The position numbers and the translations under genes are program-made. The notes under the pieces were generated by a model. That model worked only from the letters and a program-made list of their open reading frames with translations. It did not search any database and was not told the origin of the DNA. A stretch of 64,000 bases of DNA from Octopus sinensis (taxonomy: Eukaryota), in contig NC_042998.1 of the NCBI RefSeq assembly GCF_006345805.1, positions 183,334,001 through 183,398,000 of the forward strand, written 5' to 3'. Every line of letters begins with the position of its first letter. Position 1 is the first letter of the stretch. Shown here piece by piece: positions 36,294 through 48,868 of the stretch.

Positions 36294-37652
36294 TTTTTTT
36301 ATTATTATTGTTATCATTATTGAGTCATGATGGGTATACTGGGCTTTGTATATTTCACCCCAGTGTCACTGATGGCATGCACTGCTCTCTCACTCAATAA
36401 TGATAACAATAACAATAACAATAAAAAAAGTCAACCACTTCTTATTCGTGGATGATCTTAAACTTTATGGGAAAGATGAATCCCAAGTCAGTTCCCTCGT
36501 TGATACGGTATATACATTCAGTGCTTTATTGGGTTGGATCAGGTTAGTATAAAAGATGGACATTAATCAGAGGATTTGAGCTTAATTCTTCTTCTAGCTT
36601 GCTCAACTTTTCTTTCTCTTTAATCTGTTTATCTACACACATTCTCATTTAAGATACATTCATCATTGAAAGGCCATAATTTATGAAGTCAGCATATTTA
36701 TGTGTATGGATGCAGTTTCGCACACACACATACATCCTAAACCTATGTTTGCAATTTAACATTGGCTGGGCACTTTGACCAAATAATTAAATGTGATTTT
36801 TGAAGATGTGTTATAGCAGCTCTCACTTCACAAAGTTAATGCAGTAGCTAGTCTCAATAGATGAGTATTAAAAATGATTTTGTTTTCACAGCAATCTCAA
36901 TCTGTAAACTGCAGAACTTTGAAAACTTAAAGAGCTCGAAACATGGAGTTTGAAGATAATATGGTTAAGACTAATATATTAGCACTAAATAACTAAAACA
37001 AAAAAAAAAAATGATGCCTTTCAAGTAAGAATTTGGTGGAAATTCAATATTATGTAGGCTGTGTAACAAGTAAAAGTTTACAACAGACAAAGTGAAATTT
37101 GTATAGGTTATAGTGAACTGACAGTTTAAGAACATGTACAGCACCAGAACAATTTAAAAAGAATGTGGGAGGTAGCAGATGGTAGATGGAAGAGTGTGCA
37201 TCTGATTGAAAGATACTTAGAGCTAACTGTTGATACTAAATAGATCACTATGCACTTTTACTGTTCTCTATTTTCTTTATTCATCTCTGTTTACACAAGT
37301 TTTCATTTAAAATACACACGCAAACTCAGTATCATTATCATCTGGATATCATAGTCATTTATTATAAAATTTAAGAACATTGTGAAATTTCTAAATTCGG
37401 TTTGTTTTCCTATATAAAATCTGAAGAATTGCTCATAATTGTAAGGATGTTAGTAGTTTGCAATGACTGGTATAGAGACTTTGAAGGATATTTTGAGCAT
37501 TATCATTCGAATAGTGTGATCTATTGTATTGCCATTCATTTCAAATTGTTAATGGAATAAAGTCTCAGTAGTTGTTTATGCATTATTTATCTGCTGAAAT
37601 AATCAACTACCAATAGTTTTGGGTATGTATTCTATATTTGTAGATAGACAAT

Positions 37653-38079
37653 ATGGAAGAAGACCCCTATAATAGCAGTGGGGATGACAAGCCGGAACTC
37701 CGACATAGTACCATTGCTAGACTCCTACTATCCAATAGAATGACACGTCATGATGTAAGCAATGAAGTTCCTTCGGCAACAGAAGACAACAACTTGAATG
37801 AAGTACAGACCATCACACTTGATGGGGATTCCTCCCAGGACCAGCACTATGTGGTGAACTATGCCAGCCGCAGTGACTTTGACACTACCAGAAGTGAGTA
37901 TGAAATGAACCGGGGAGATTTTTCACCATTGGAAGAGTACAATGAGGACAGGTCATCACCTGAGAACCTTGTCACTCCAACCGGTTTCTCTATTGCTGCT
38001 CGCCTCTACAAGTGTAGATTTTGCAACTTTTCAACCATGAAGTACACACAGCTCCAACTCCACATGCCCAAGCATGGTG
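37653..38079 (+). CDS. IKZF5-like: Ikaros/Pegasus-like C2H2 zinc-finger gene, coding exon containing first in-frame ATG and ZF1
   Basis: Acceptor tttgtag|ATAGAC at 37643/37644; ATG 37653; encodes YKCRFCNFSTMKYTQLQLHMPKH; donor CATGGTG|GTGAGT at 38079/38080 (phase 1, inside the finger linker). Confidence 0.92.
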
Positions 38080-39122
38080 GTGAGTAGAAAGAAATTTTTT
38101 CTTCACTCAACCTTTGAGTTGTGTGCTACACTCTTTGAAGCTACTGATCCTATGATAGTCTCTGTTTCTATCTTTTGGTCTATTTATTCCTCCTCTTGTT
38201 TTGTTTTTTCTTTGTTGTTTTTTATTTTGTTTTTTTGTTTACTTAGATGATTGTTGTTTACTAGAGGTTTTCTTCAATAAACTACTATCTTAGGTGTGGC
38301 TAGCACTTAACAAAAATGGTTTTGTGCATGTTAGCATCTTGCCTAGCCCTAAAAATAGTGAAAATAGACATGGCTAGTTTTAATTTTCTTGACCTATTAC
38401 AGTTTCTGTTTGAAGTTAACTTAAAACATTTAAATTCCTGTTTTGCAGTTCTTGCTCTAGTTCCATTATCCGTTCCTTACTTGCTCCATGATCAGTTAAT
38501 ATTACATCTAAATGACAATGCTGTTTACAATATGGTGGCTTAGCAGATTTGCTCTAGATTACGTTCCCTGTCTTTTGAAAAGAGAGGAGTCCTAGGTTTT
38601 ATCCATTACTTTTCATCTTTGTTCAGAGTTCAGGACTGCTTTCTCTTAAGGAAATATGTCCAAGTGGCTTGGTCTTCGTTTAAAAATCTAAGTACTATTA
38701 AAATTTAGGGCTTAATAATTATCTGAAATGAAACAAAGTATTAGAAGAGACTCAATATTAAGATGTTAGAAATATTAACATAATACCAGTGAGATTACCT
38801 TACTTGGAACGATGTTAAGGAATTCCGATTCTACATGACTGATGCAATATTTTGTTGTCAAAAGATATAACAGCTGTCTAGTCATTGTACTGTATGGTGG
38901 CTTTGATCCATATGGAAATATAATGATTGGAAACATCTGTGCTACCTCAGAAATTTTACCAATATCTAGTACATGATACCAGTATAAATGTGATTGGTAG
39001 TAACTGAAGGAAGCTCAAAAAGTTTGTTTACAATGCTTGCTGATGATGCGGTTTTTTAAACTGCAGAAACTGAGTAATATTGTATAACTATAACAATTGA
39101 AGGTTGGTTGGTAATGTTTTAA

Positions 39123-39342
39123 CCCTTTAGTGTTCGCATTATTCTGCCAAAATTAATGTCTTTTCATCCACATTGTTTTGAACTAATCATGCATTATCTT
39201 GTAGCTATGAGATTTTGATGAGGTAGCTGATAATTTTTAAAACAATATTGTAGGGTTGGTGTGAGAGACCAGATATGGCCAGTTTGAACATAAAATAGGC
39301 AGAATACTTTGGCTGGATATGGCCGGTTTAAATGCTAAAGGG
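39123..39342. mobile_element. piggyBac-like MITE (same family)
   Basis: TTAA|CCCTTTAG ... CTAAAGGG|TTAA; 220 bp; internally similar to 53207-53425. Confidence 0.88.
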
Positions 39343-40154
39343 TTAAAATAGGGTTGAGGATAATTTATTTGATGTATATAATGTGTTTCTACAGTAGTAA
39401 TATGGGAACTTGTGCAGTTGTTTTATCATGAACTGCATAAGTGTATATAACATATTTTAGTTGCATTTACAATACTTCCTTGCTATATCTATCATTAGTT
39501 ATATTTTGTTTACTCACTTTTAAATGTGTTTTGATATTTTCTACTTCCTTCTTGCTTTCATAAAAAGTTCTCTGAGTTCGGGGAAAACACAGATAGCTGT
39601 TTTATCCTCAGATTTATAACAGCCCATTACATTTTACTAGATTGCTGTCTTTTATATTGTTCAATTACATAGCTTATATTACATTTCACATTATTTTTTG
39701 TATTACTTTAGCCATGTCAAATCTTCTGTTTTAACATATAGGTTAATGATTTCAATTTTTAAAAAATTGGAGCTTGCCAGATCCTGGCAAACCATCCAAC
39801 CCATGCCAGCATGGAAAACCTACATTAAATGATGATGCTAGCTTTGCTATATTTTCATCTAAGACATTTTATCTTACTAAAATACAAACTATGAAAAACA
39901 GTATTACGAAATTTTAAAGCTTTTATAATATCTTGAGTAATAAAATCCCTTCTACAATTTTGTATTATTCTAATCTGTGATTATCTTAATTAGAAACAAA
40001 AACAGTATGGTTATCTCTGTGGCAAAGTAAATTTCTTTATTGAAGCAAGGAGCATACATTATTTATCATTTTCCAATTTTTTAACCCTGTGCATATATAT
40101 GCCTTTTTTATTGAGCAAATAAATTACATCAAGGACACAACATATTGCCTAGTA

Positions 40155-40366
40155 CAGGAATCGAAATCACTGGCCCTTGTGCCGGTGGCACGTAAAAAGC
40201 ACCTACTACACTCACGGAGTGGTTGGCATTAGGAAGGGCATCCAGCTGTAGAAACACTGCCAGATCAGACTGGAGCCTGGTGCAGCCTCCTGGCTTCCCA
40301 GACCCCAGTCGAACCATCCAACCCATGCTAGCATGGAAAATGGACATTAAACGATCATGATGATGA
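40155..40366 (+). mobile_element. Family G repeat in IKZF-like intron
   Basis: Same core and tail. Confidence 0.85.
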
Positions 40367-42512
40367 TTTGTAGTAACAATAAAAATAAGCATTCTTTTTA
40401 AAAGATATGGAGTGTGACTAAAACCTTTATAAAGTGACTGGTGATATTTGGATAAAGTTCAGAAAGTTACTACCTATGTTACTGGTCAGTATCATTACTA
40501 AACTTGACCTGAAACCCTCTTTTTGCCAGCATTTATTTGATTTTCTATAAGACCTATTTATTTCCTATTTTCAACATGTTATCAACAAATCATGATATCC
40601 TTGAGGCTCTTTAATTTCAATCACTTCGGTTGCTCAGCCAGTTATTATTCTTGGAACTAGTTTTATTTATTAGTCTACTTAGAAAGATGCTATTTGTTGT
40701 AGTCATCTTCTGCAATTATTATTTCAATATTGCTCATGTATTTTACAGTTAAATATAACATTAGATATTTATCAACAGTCATTTCCTGACTATGATATTA
40801 TTTCAGTGATTTTAACACATTGGTATAGTGGGTTTTTTTTGTGTTTTTACAGTTCCTAATTTGATTTTCTTTCCAATGTACTGTTGTGATTTCTCTGTTT
40901 GATGAATTACTTTATATTGCATTGTCACAGAAGTATATAGTCCATAGACTTAAGATGTTTGCAGTGAAATTGATTTCCATTTTGATATATTATCATTAAG
41001 TAAGATAAATATTCTAATCCATTCAGTTGAGTAATGAGAAAGGGTTCATAGAATCATTGGTGAATTTATTCATTTTCTTATTACGTTCTGCCATTTCTTT
41101 TACACTGGTTGCTGCAGCTCAGTTCCGATTATTATTATTCATAATAAACAGTGGAATTCAATCTTGTGTTTGTAGTCAATGTAATTTTGATTCAGAAATG
41201 CAACTGAATTTATTTAATGCATGGATTTTGTTTTTCATTTAAAAATTTTGTGTGTTGCCTTTATTTGTTTTACTGACAATTTTAATGGAGATACCAGTTG
41301 TTTCCTTCACTCAGTACTTCTTTTGAACAACAACTCTGTTACCCAATGCTAGGTTGGGTTTAAGGAATCAAAAGCTTCACTTGATTTATGGCATTCTTGC
41401 TTTATTTAGTCTTGTATTATCATTTTTGTAGTTACAAAGCTAGACATTATTTAGCTGTGGTTAATCAAATGTATATTTATTCTCTTTTTTTAATTTTTTT
41501 TTTTTTAATCTTAATCTTTTGGTTTCGAAGCAAAATTGTAGTAAATTTATCTTTATGTTCCTAGAAATAAATAGCTATTTAATTAAGTTTCATTTAGACT
41601 AGATCCATTGCACTGTACATCACTTAACTTTTCATGATAATATTTGAAGATACATAATTGAAATGTTACTTCTTCCAAATATCTTAAATGAAATTAAATA
41701 TGTTCAATATTTAATACACTAGTTCAATACAGGAATATTGCATGCATTAATATACTTTGTGTATAGTTCTCAAAAACACCTCTTTAAATCAGCAAATATT
41801 ATTTGTATCATTGGCTACAGAAAATAATTTTTTTTTACAATTTCTCTTTTTCCCTCCATCCACATATATATATGGAAGAAGAATTAGGAATAGTTAATTA
41901 CTTAATTGAAATCCTAAGAACATTGATTTTATATTGTTTTTCTGTGTATTTTTCATTTGAGGCAAGAATCTAGTTAGATTTTCACTTTTAAAACTATTTA
42001 TTGAGATCCTTTTAAGATTTATATTATGAACTATGCAACCATATGAGTACAAATTTAACTCTTTGATGCTGAAGAAGTTGTAAAATAACTGCACTTCTAG
42101 AGACGAAAAGCAATATTGACTACTTGTTCAGAGCCTGAGTGTGTTTTTGTTTTTTTTTTTTTTGTCTTCTTACCCTTATTTTTTTTTTTTAAATCACTTT
42201 AACAAAATTTTATTTTGCCTTTCTGTAGTGCTTTAAAGAAACAACTTATAAATTTTGGCACATCAACCTCTGAGTTATCAACTCTTTAAATATGTGGGCC
42301 CTAAGCCAAATTGTGTCTTCAGGAAGGTAACTTACCCTGCAGATGTATAACTATTGTGTGGAATTGTATTAAACCTGTTTGATGGTATGAATTATAATCA
42401 AATGTGTTTTTTTTTTAATCACATACCCTTGTTTTGTATTCTTTGTTTTTTTTTCTTTTCTTTTTTTAAAAAAAAAAGAGAATATTATTTTAAAATCTTT
42501 TCACATCAAGAT

Positions 42513-42783
42513 CAGAGGTTCTTGAACACTCAACAATAACTGCTAGGGAAATCTCTTACAATTGAGCAAACTTTTTCTGTTTGCTCAATTGTTTTTTTCT
42601 TCTCTTTCTTACTTTCTTTTATTATCTATCTCTCCTCTTCATGCCTTCTCCCTCTTTTCCTGATCCGAGTAAAACTGTCACAAGCAATATGACAAATTTA
42701 ATTTAACCCATGGACACTTTTGAATACCAAACTCCACTTCATTTTCGTCTGATTTCTAAGACATAAAAGTTCAAGAACCACTG
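42513..42783. mobile_element. hAT-like MITE in IKZF-like intron
   Basis: CAGAGGTTCTTGAAC ... GTTCAAGAACCACTG (14/15); degenerate TSD ATCAAGAT / TTCTGGAT; internal 14-bp perfect hairpin at 42558-42592. Confidence 0.7.
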
Positions 42784-43579
42784 TTCTGGATCTATATTTT
42801 TCTGTTTGTTCTTGAATGTTTACATAACCAGTTTTTAAAATATATATATATGTATGTAGTGTGTATGTGTGCTAGTGCATACATACACACTAAATGTATA
42901 TATGCACACTAGCACATGTAGTGATATAAACATGATATACAAATGGGAAAATAAAATTCTTTACTTCAAAGCTCTATATACTTTGGCTTCCTATATTTGA
43001 AATATTCAGCATTTCTATGGTTTTACTCTACTTTTGTTCTTTCTTTTTTTTTTTTTTAGACTCCACCCAAGTAGATGAATCCATAACTATTTGTGATGCC
43101 CCATGGGTGTGTATCAGTGTTACATCAATGTCTTCAGGCATTGTTTTAGATTTCTTTACAACATGCTTGTTCTATACATAACAGCTAAGTCAAACCCTTC
43201 GCTTTTAAATAGTTAAATGTGCTTCACCTAGTAGTAGGGATCTTACTTCACATAGTGCTTGCATCATACTACAAGAAATTTGCAGTGAAATTTCCTGTGA
43301 CCTCTTATATAGTATACTTTTATTATTCACATCTTGCTGGTACTGTCCCAAATTGCAAGAAATGTTCCAGCTTTATACTGAAGTAAAGTTACCAGTTTTT
43401 GCTGTTTTACTGGTTCCTACCTGATGACACCAGCTTCAAAAATTCCTTTTGTGTTCTGAATTATAAAAATAGAAAGTTAGAATATACAGTGAAAATATCA
43501 GTTTTATTTAAATTATTTCGTTCAAGTAATCAATGATCTTATTTTTATAAATATTGTTTTTTTTATTCATCTTTTCCAG

Positions 43580-45078
43580 GTGTTAAAGCTCTGAAGTGCC
43601 CTCTATGTGATTATTCAACCAACGACAAGAGTAACTTTCGCCGTCACAAACGTCTCCACCTCAGGAACAATCCTGTGAATGTCCTTAAATGTGACAAGTG
43701 CACTTATTCAACAATCTTGCCCCGGAAAATACGAGAACATTACTGTGAGGAGCATGTAGACACTCCTAATAGCACAGCAACAGATTCAGCTACAGTCCCA
43801 TTTACAGGTCCTACTTATGAAGCAACTCGTTTCCGTTTTCGGCATTTTGGGGTTGATCAGAGTACGTCTTCTGGCAACCCGCTTGGTATGAGTACTTTGC
43901 ATACGTTGTTAACAACAGTGCAATCTCCAAACCTGCAGTTCAGGCGATCAACTGCTGCACCAATTAACAACTGTTTCACACAATATAATCATTATGAATC
44001 AGCTAGTCAACAGGCTAATCAAGACACACATTTAGCATCAAATTATCTACGTTCTATTGTCTCCTCCATTATGAATAGTCCCCCTCCACCACCAAGAGTG
44101 CCTGTTACCAGCACAATTACCTCATCCAGTCTCTATACTACAGCAGCAACAGCAGCAACACCAACACTTCCTCCATCTTCAACAGCTTCTATAGGTTCTT
44201 CAACAGCAACTACATTACCCATGGTAACTGATACAGGGGAAGTGAGAGTGAAAGTTGAACCCTTTGAATGTGAGGAAATATCAGATGTGTCAAGTTCCGC
44301 TGCAGCTACTCCCATGAGAACTCTAACTCCTGACTGTTCAAGGGATGTTCAAACTGTTTTATCGACCTCCTCAAAAAGACAGTCATTGGACTATTTAGAA
44401 AATTCTAGTAATCCTTTTGATCGATCTGTTGAGCTTAGAACAATGTCTAATGTTAGCCAGAGCACTGGTGATATAGCTGACTCTTCAAATGCTAGGCTTG
44501 AATATCACTCACCTATTGAAGAAAACATGGGGAGTGTGGAAAACATAGCTTCAACATCTTCTGGCAAGAATTACATGGAAAACACACTTCACACTTCAAA
44601 TCCAGTCACTAACCGTAATTTGATGTGTGACATAGCATTGACACAGAACTGTAGCGAGACTGATGTGGACTCTGCTTCAGTGAAGAGGGAAACATCCAGT
44701 GTTGCAGTACAGTGTGTTCTACCAAATGTTAAAAACGAAGGTTTGAATGTTGGACAGGAGGAGGCTCCTGAGCGAAAGCGGTGGCGATGTCAGTTTATTG
44801 AGAGAGCAGTGCAATGCGAACTGTTGCCCTCACGTCGGACTGGTTCTCGTTCAGTGTCCATTGCAAGTGAATCAGAAGGCAGTGAACAACCAAGTACAGC
44901 AACGACAACAGATAACCGTTGTATATATTGTGGTGTTACGTTTGAAGATGAAGTCCTTTTCTCCATTCATATTGGCTGTCACAGCCATACTGATCCCTTT
45001 GTGTGCAATGTATGTGGCAAGCAATGTACCAACAAGTATGGTTTCTATTCTCATATTATGCGAGGTCATCAGTACTAG
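43580..45078 (+). CDS. IKZF5-like: Ikaros/Pegasus-like zinc-finger gene, last coding exon (ZF2, ZF3, S/T-rich spacer, C-terminal ZF4-ZF5)
   Basis: Acceptor cttttccag|GT at 43579/43580 is phase-compatible with 38079. Encodes CPLCDYSTNDKSNFRRHKRLH, CDKCTYSTILPRKIREHYCEEH and C-terminal CIYCGVTFEDEVLFSIHIGCHSHTDPFVCNVCGKQCTNKYGFYSHIMRGH, which matches the Ikaros/Hunchback dimerisation finger pair (IHxGxH...PFxCNxCG...SHIxRG). Spliced CDS 1926 nt = 641 aa. Exact orthology (IKZF5 vs Hunchback) is not resolved. Confidence 0.93.
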
Positions 45079-45129
45079 GTGTATTGTGTACATATACACT
45101 TGTTGGGTGGCTGTGTGCATCTATAACTA

Positions 45130-45665
45130 TCAATCTATCTACCTGTCTACTTATCTACATATATATATATATGTATATGTATAATATGTGTGTGTGTGTG
45201 TATGTGTGTATACACATACACACAGGCAAATAGTTACAACCTTTTTTTTTTGTATGTGCTTGTGTGTTTATTATGTTAGCAATATATTCACACCTACACA
45301 AATATATATATGTGTGTGTATATGTCTATATGTCCAAATGTAGATGTGTATGTTTATATATCTATATATGTGCGTGTGTGTATGTTTGTATATATGCATG
45401 TATATGTTTATATGAGTGGATGCACACACACACACACATATTTATATATATGGAAATAGGGAGAGAGAAAGAGATAAGGGTATCCAGCAGTAAAAGAAGG
45501 CCTCACATGTATTTATCCAGTTCATGCTAGCATGAAAAATAGAGATAAAATGAATGAATGATAATTATGTGTGTGTATGTATGTATGTATGTATATATTT
45601 GTATATGTAGTACATATTTGTGTTTATATGCAGATATGCATGGATGTATGTATATGTGAGTATAT
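45130..45665. repeat. TA/TG low-complexity region just 3' of the IKZF-like stop (probable 3' UTR)
   Basis: Direct reading; UTR status is inferred. Confidence 0.8.
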
Positions 45666-46319
45666 TATCTCTATTAATTATTTGAATTCTTCCTAGAAAG
45701 AAAGAAACAGACAGTTCTCTGCAGCAGTGGCGAACTGTTGCATGTTCAACTTTCAAAAAGCCTTCATATTTTTTATGTTCTACTTCAAAAATATATCTTA
45801 CAAAGTGCATGTTAGCTGGTCTCTTTCTTTATGTGAAAACACCAGCTCCATGTGTTTACTACATACACATTTACTAACATAACATTAAGTGCACCAATAA
45901 TGTAGATATAGATGTAAATTTATAATCAAGGTAAAAAAAATATTTTTTGAAAGCTGCAGGTTTCAAAGCAGTTGCCTTTAAATATTCTCTTTCTCAGTGA
46001 TTTTGGAAGAAATGTCCATATCTGCAGGGCAGCTCACCTTTCTGAAAATGTATGTGTGTGTGTGTACACCAACAACAGTGACTTTTAAACTCTGCTGTGC
46101 TCAAATCCTTGTGTCTAAATCCTTGATCTTTGAAGTCAAAAATAGGTTTCTATAGTCACCATAGAACATAAAAGTGGAAACAAATTCTCTACACATTGAG
46201 ATGTCAATGATGATATGATATATACCTGCATACATGTTTATGTGTATATACATATGTTTGTATATGTATGCATGTGTGTGCGTGTCTATATATATATATA
46301 TATATTAATTTTGCATCCA

Positions 46320-47460
46320 TTTTTGCAGGCTTCTCCAGTGTACCTGTTTGCAATCCTTTGTCATCTCCTTTGTGGATCAGCTTCTTGAGCCTTCAGTTTA
46401 TCTTCCCCTTCTGCAGGTTCCTTCCACTTTGTCTCTTTCATGTGCATCTCGTGTCGGTACCAGATTTAGTCTTCCTTCAAGCACACGTCACCAACTTCCT
46501 CTTACATTTAGTTTTCTTCTATGCTTGTTTGTACTCCCTTATACCTGTCACAGGTATTACACATCTTGTGGGTCCCACTTGTGTCTTCTCTTGTTTCTAG
46601 CTTTTGCTGGTAGTCCTCACTTGCTAGTCATGTTTCTCTACCGTGAAATATTGCACTTTATACATAATCTTCATACAATTTGTGTCTTATTTGGAGAGAG
46701 AGAATCTTTTTGTTGCCATCAGAGATAATAGCCCTCCAAACTTTTTTCCACCTCATTGTTACTCTGGCTACTATGCTTTCAGAACACTTTCTTGCACTAC
46801 TAATTTGTGCATGTAGATAACAGGACTGATCAGCTTTAAAGGTTATTTATAGGTTCTATTACAGCTAATACTTCTGTGCGTCTTTTACATGTGAAGCCTG
46901 TCTTCTATGTCAGCTTAACCCTGATCCCACTGCATCCCTGTGCACAAGATATTTATATTGTGTACACCTTATGGCATTCCCATCACTGTTATTTCCTGCA
47001 TAAAAAGCAAAGCCAATCTTTTTCCCACATGGTAAAATTCTGCTAAATAAGACATTTTCTTTACAATATTTACTTAAAACTTCTCAATTCAAGGTTTGCT
47101 TTTACATTTCAAATTTCTCTCTTTTACATTTCAAATAGAAGTTCTCAGAAACATTTAGTTTCAAACTCTTTTGTTATGGACACTTAACTACATTTAAATT
47201 CTTTACTGAACACACTGCAAACTTTCTCTTTGCTAATAGCACCTCTATACATGACTTTCTCAGTTTTTACAAGTTGTCCGTCAGCATTTTGTTTCTGTAG
47301 TGATCTCCAGATTACAGTGCAAAGGCCTTCTACAGGTTGACGAGTGCTAGCTCTAGTGACTTGTTCTTTACAAAGAACTTCTTTAGTTGCCTCACTAGGA
47401 AGAGGGTGTCAGTGGTATCCACTTCATAGCACAAATCTGAACTGCATCTCATCTAAGCTT
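46320..47460 (-). mobile_element. Decayed RTE (BovB-like) LINE ORF2 fragment
   Basis: DEMQF..TTDTLFLVRQL..KAF (RT), GNAIRCTQ Cys region, SESIVARV..W.KF and KVEGTCRRGR..EMTKD. Confidence 0.75.
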
Positions 47461-47602
47461 TTTTTTTTTTTTCAAACTAGTTGTACTATTGTTCTGTTAC
47501 TTTTGTGACTTGGTGCATCAATTTGATGTCTCTCAAGTTGCTTATTTCCAAAGCATTTGCTGTACTGCTATTTTAGTAGCTGATACTGTTGTTATACTAG
47601 TC

Positions 47603-48868
47603 ATTATCATCATTGTTTAACGTCTGCCTTCCATGCTAGCATAGGTGGAATGTGTTCACAAGAACTGGCCAAGCAGAAGCCAGCACCAGACTTCTGTGAC
47701 TGTTTTGGCAGGATTTTTACAGCTGGGTTCCCTTCCTCACACCAACCACTCAGCAGAGTGAACTTAGTGCTTTTTACATGGCACAAGCACAGGCAAGGTC
47801 AGTTTTGGTAAGGTTTTTACAGTTGGATGCCCTTCCAAACATCAACCACTTTACAATGTGGGCTGGGTGCTTTTAAGTGGCACCTGCACTTACAGGGTCG
47901 CAAAGTACTTGCAAGACAAAAGAAAATAACTTTCTAGAGGGGAGGGGGCATTGGAGGAGATGATTTTGTGTTGGATGATGAAAAGTTATAGTGAGACAGA
48001 AACAGGTGTCTTGCTGTAGAGGAAGTACAAGGTTGCCTGGCCAGTGAGAGAGTGAGATCAGGAATGAAGACAGAAATAGGTGTTCTACCACAAAGGAAAT
48101 ATATGGTTACCCAACCTGAGAGAAGTGCAGGAGAAGGAGAGAGAGAGTGGGAGAAAGCAGGATAGAGATGGTGGCAAAATGCCAGGCATACTCACAAGGA
48201 ACAGGGATCAGAATATAAATAGGATGGTTGAGTAAAGGAAGAGAGAGATAAAGATGGTGGCAAGTGCCAGGGCATGTCCTTGAGGTTCAAATGCCATAAT
48301 AGAAGTGGCAGGATATTGCGAAGGGAGTGTGGTTAAAGAGTGCAGAGATGAGGGAGTGAGTGGCAAACTGAGTGGAAGATGCTTGAGAAGAGCTTGGGAC
48401 AAAGTGAAGACGTCGGGCTCAGTCTTCTTGTGTAACACATTGGCAGGTGGAAACTGAAAGAAGTCTTCTGTGTTTATATAACTATATGCTAACCGAGCCT
48501 TTTAGAGATGATGATGTATGTGGCTGTTCATGATCTACCCTGAATTTTAGCTACAAATAGTGATATCACAATTTGTGCAGGGCTGTAATGGTAATGTTTG
48601 TCAATATTTCACATCAAATCATCTGCTACCTCTGTGCTTTCAAATTCCTTTGAAATAAAAAAAGCAAAATCTCTATCTTCAAAACCTCACAAGGGTTGAC
48701 AACAGGAAGAATATCATCATCATCGTTTAACGTCCGCTTTCCATGCATGGGTTGGACGATTTTGACTGAGGGCTGGCGAACCAGATGGCTGCACCAGGAT
48801 CCAATCTTGATCTGGCAGAGTTTCTACAGCTGGATGCTCTTCCTAACGCCAACCACTCCGAGAGTGTA
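47603..48868 (-). mobile_element. Family G copies (47603-~48250 extended; 48714-48868)
   Basis: Reverse-complement core and tails; another copy at ~51500-51710. Confidence 0.75.

Noticed and set aside
44747-45184. Overlapping alternative-frame ORFs at the IKZF-like 3' end (also 44872-45120 and 44133-44315 on -)
   Set aside because: No recognisable domain; expected by-products of a long GC-richer coding exon running into microsatellite.
46348-46728. 126-aa ORF after an apparent acceptor
   Set aside because: It is the antisense of a decayed RTE C-terminus.
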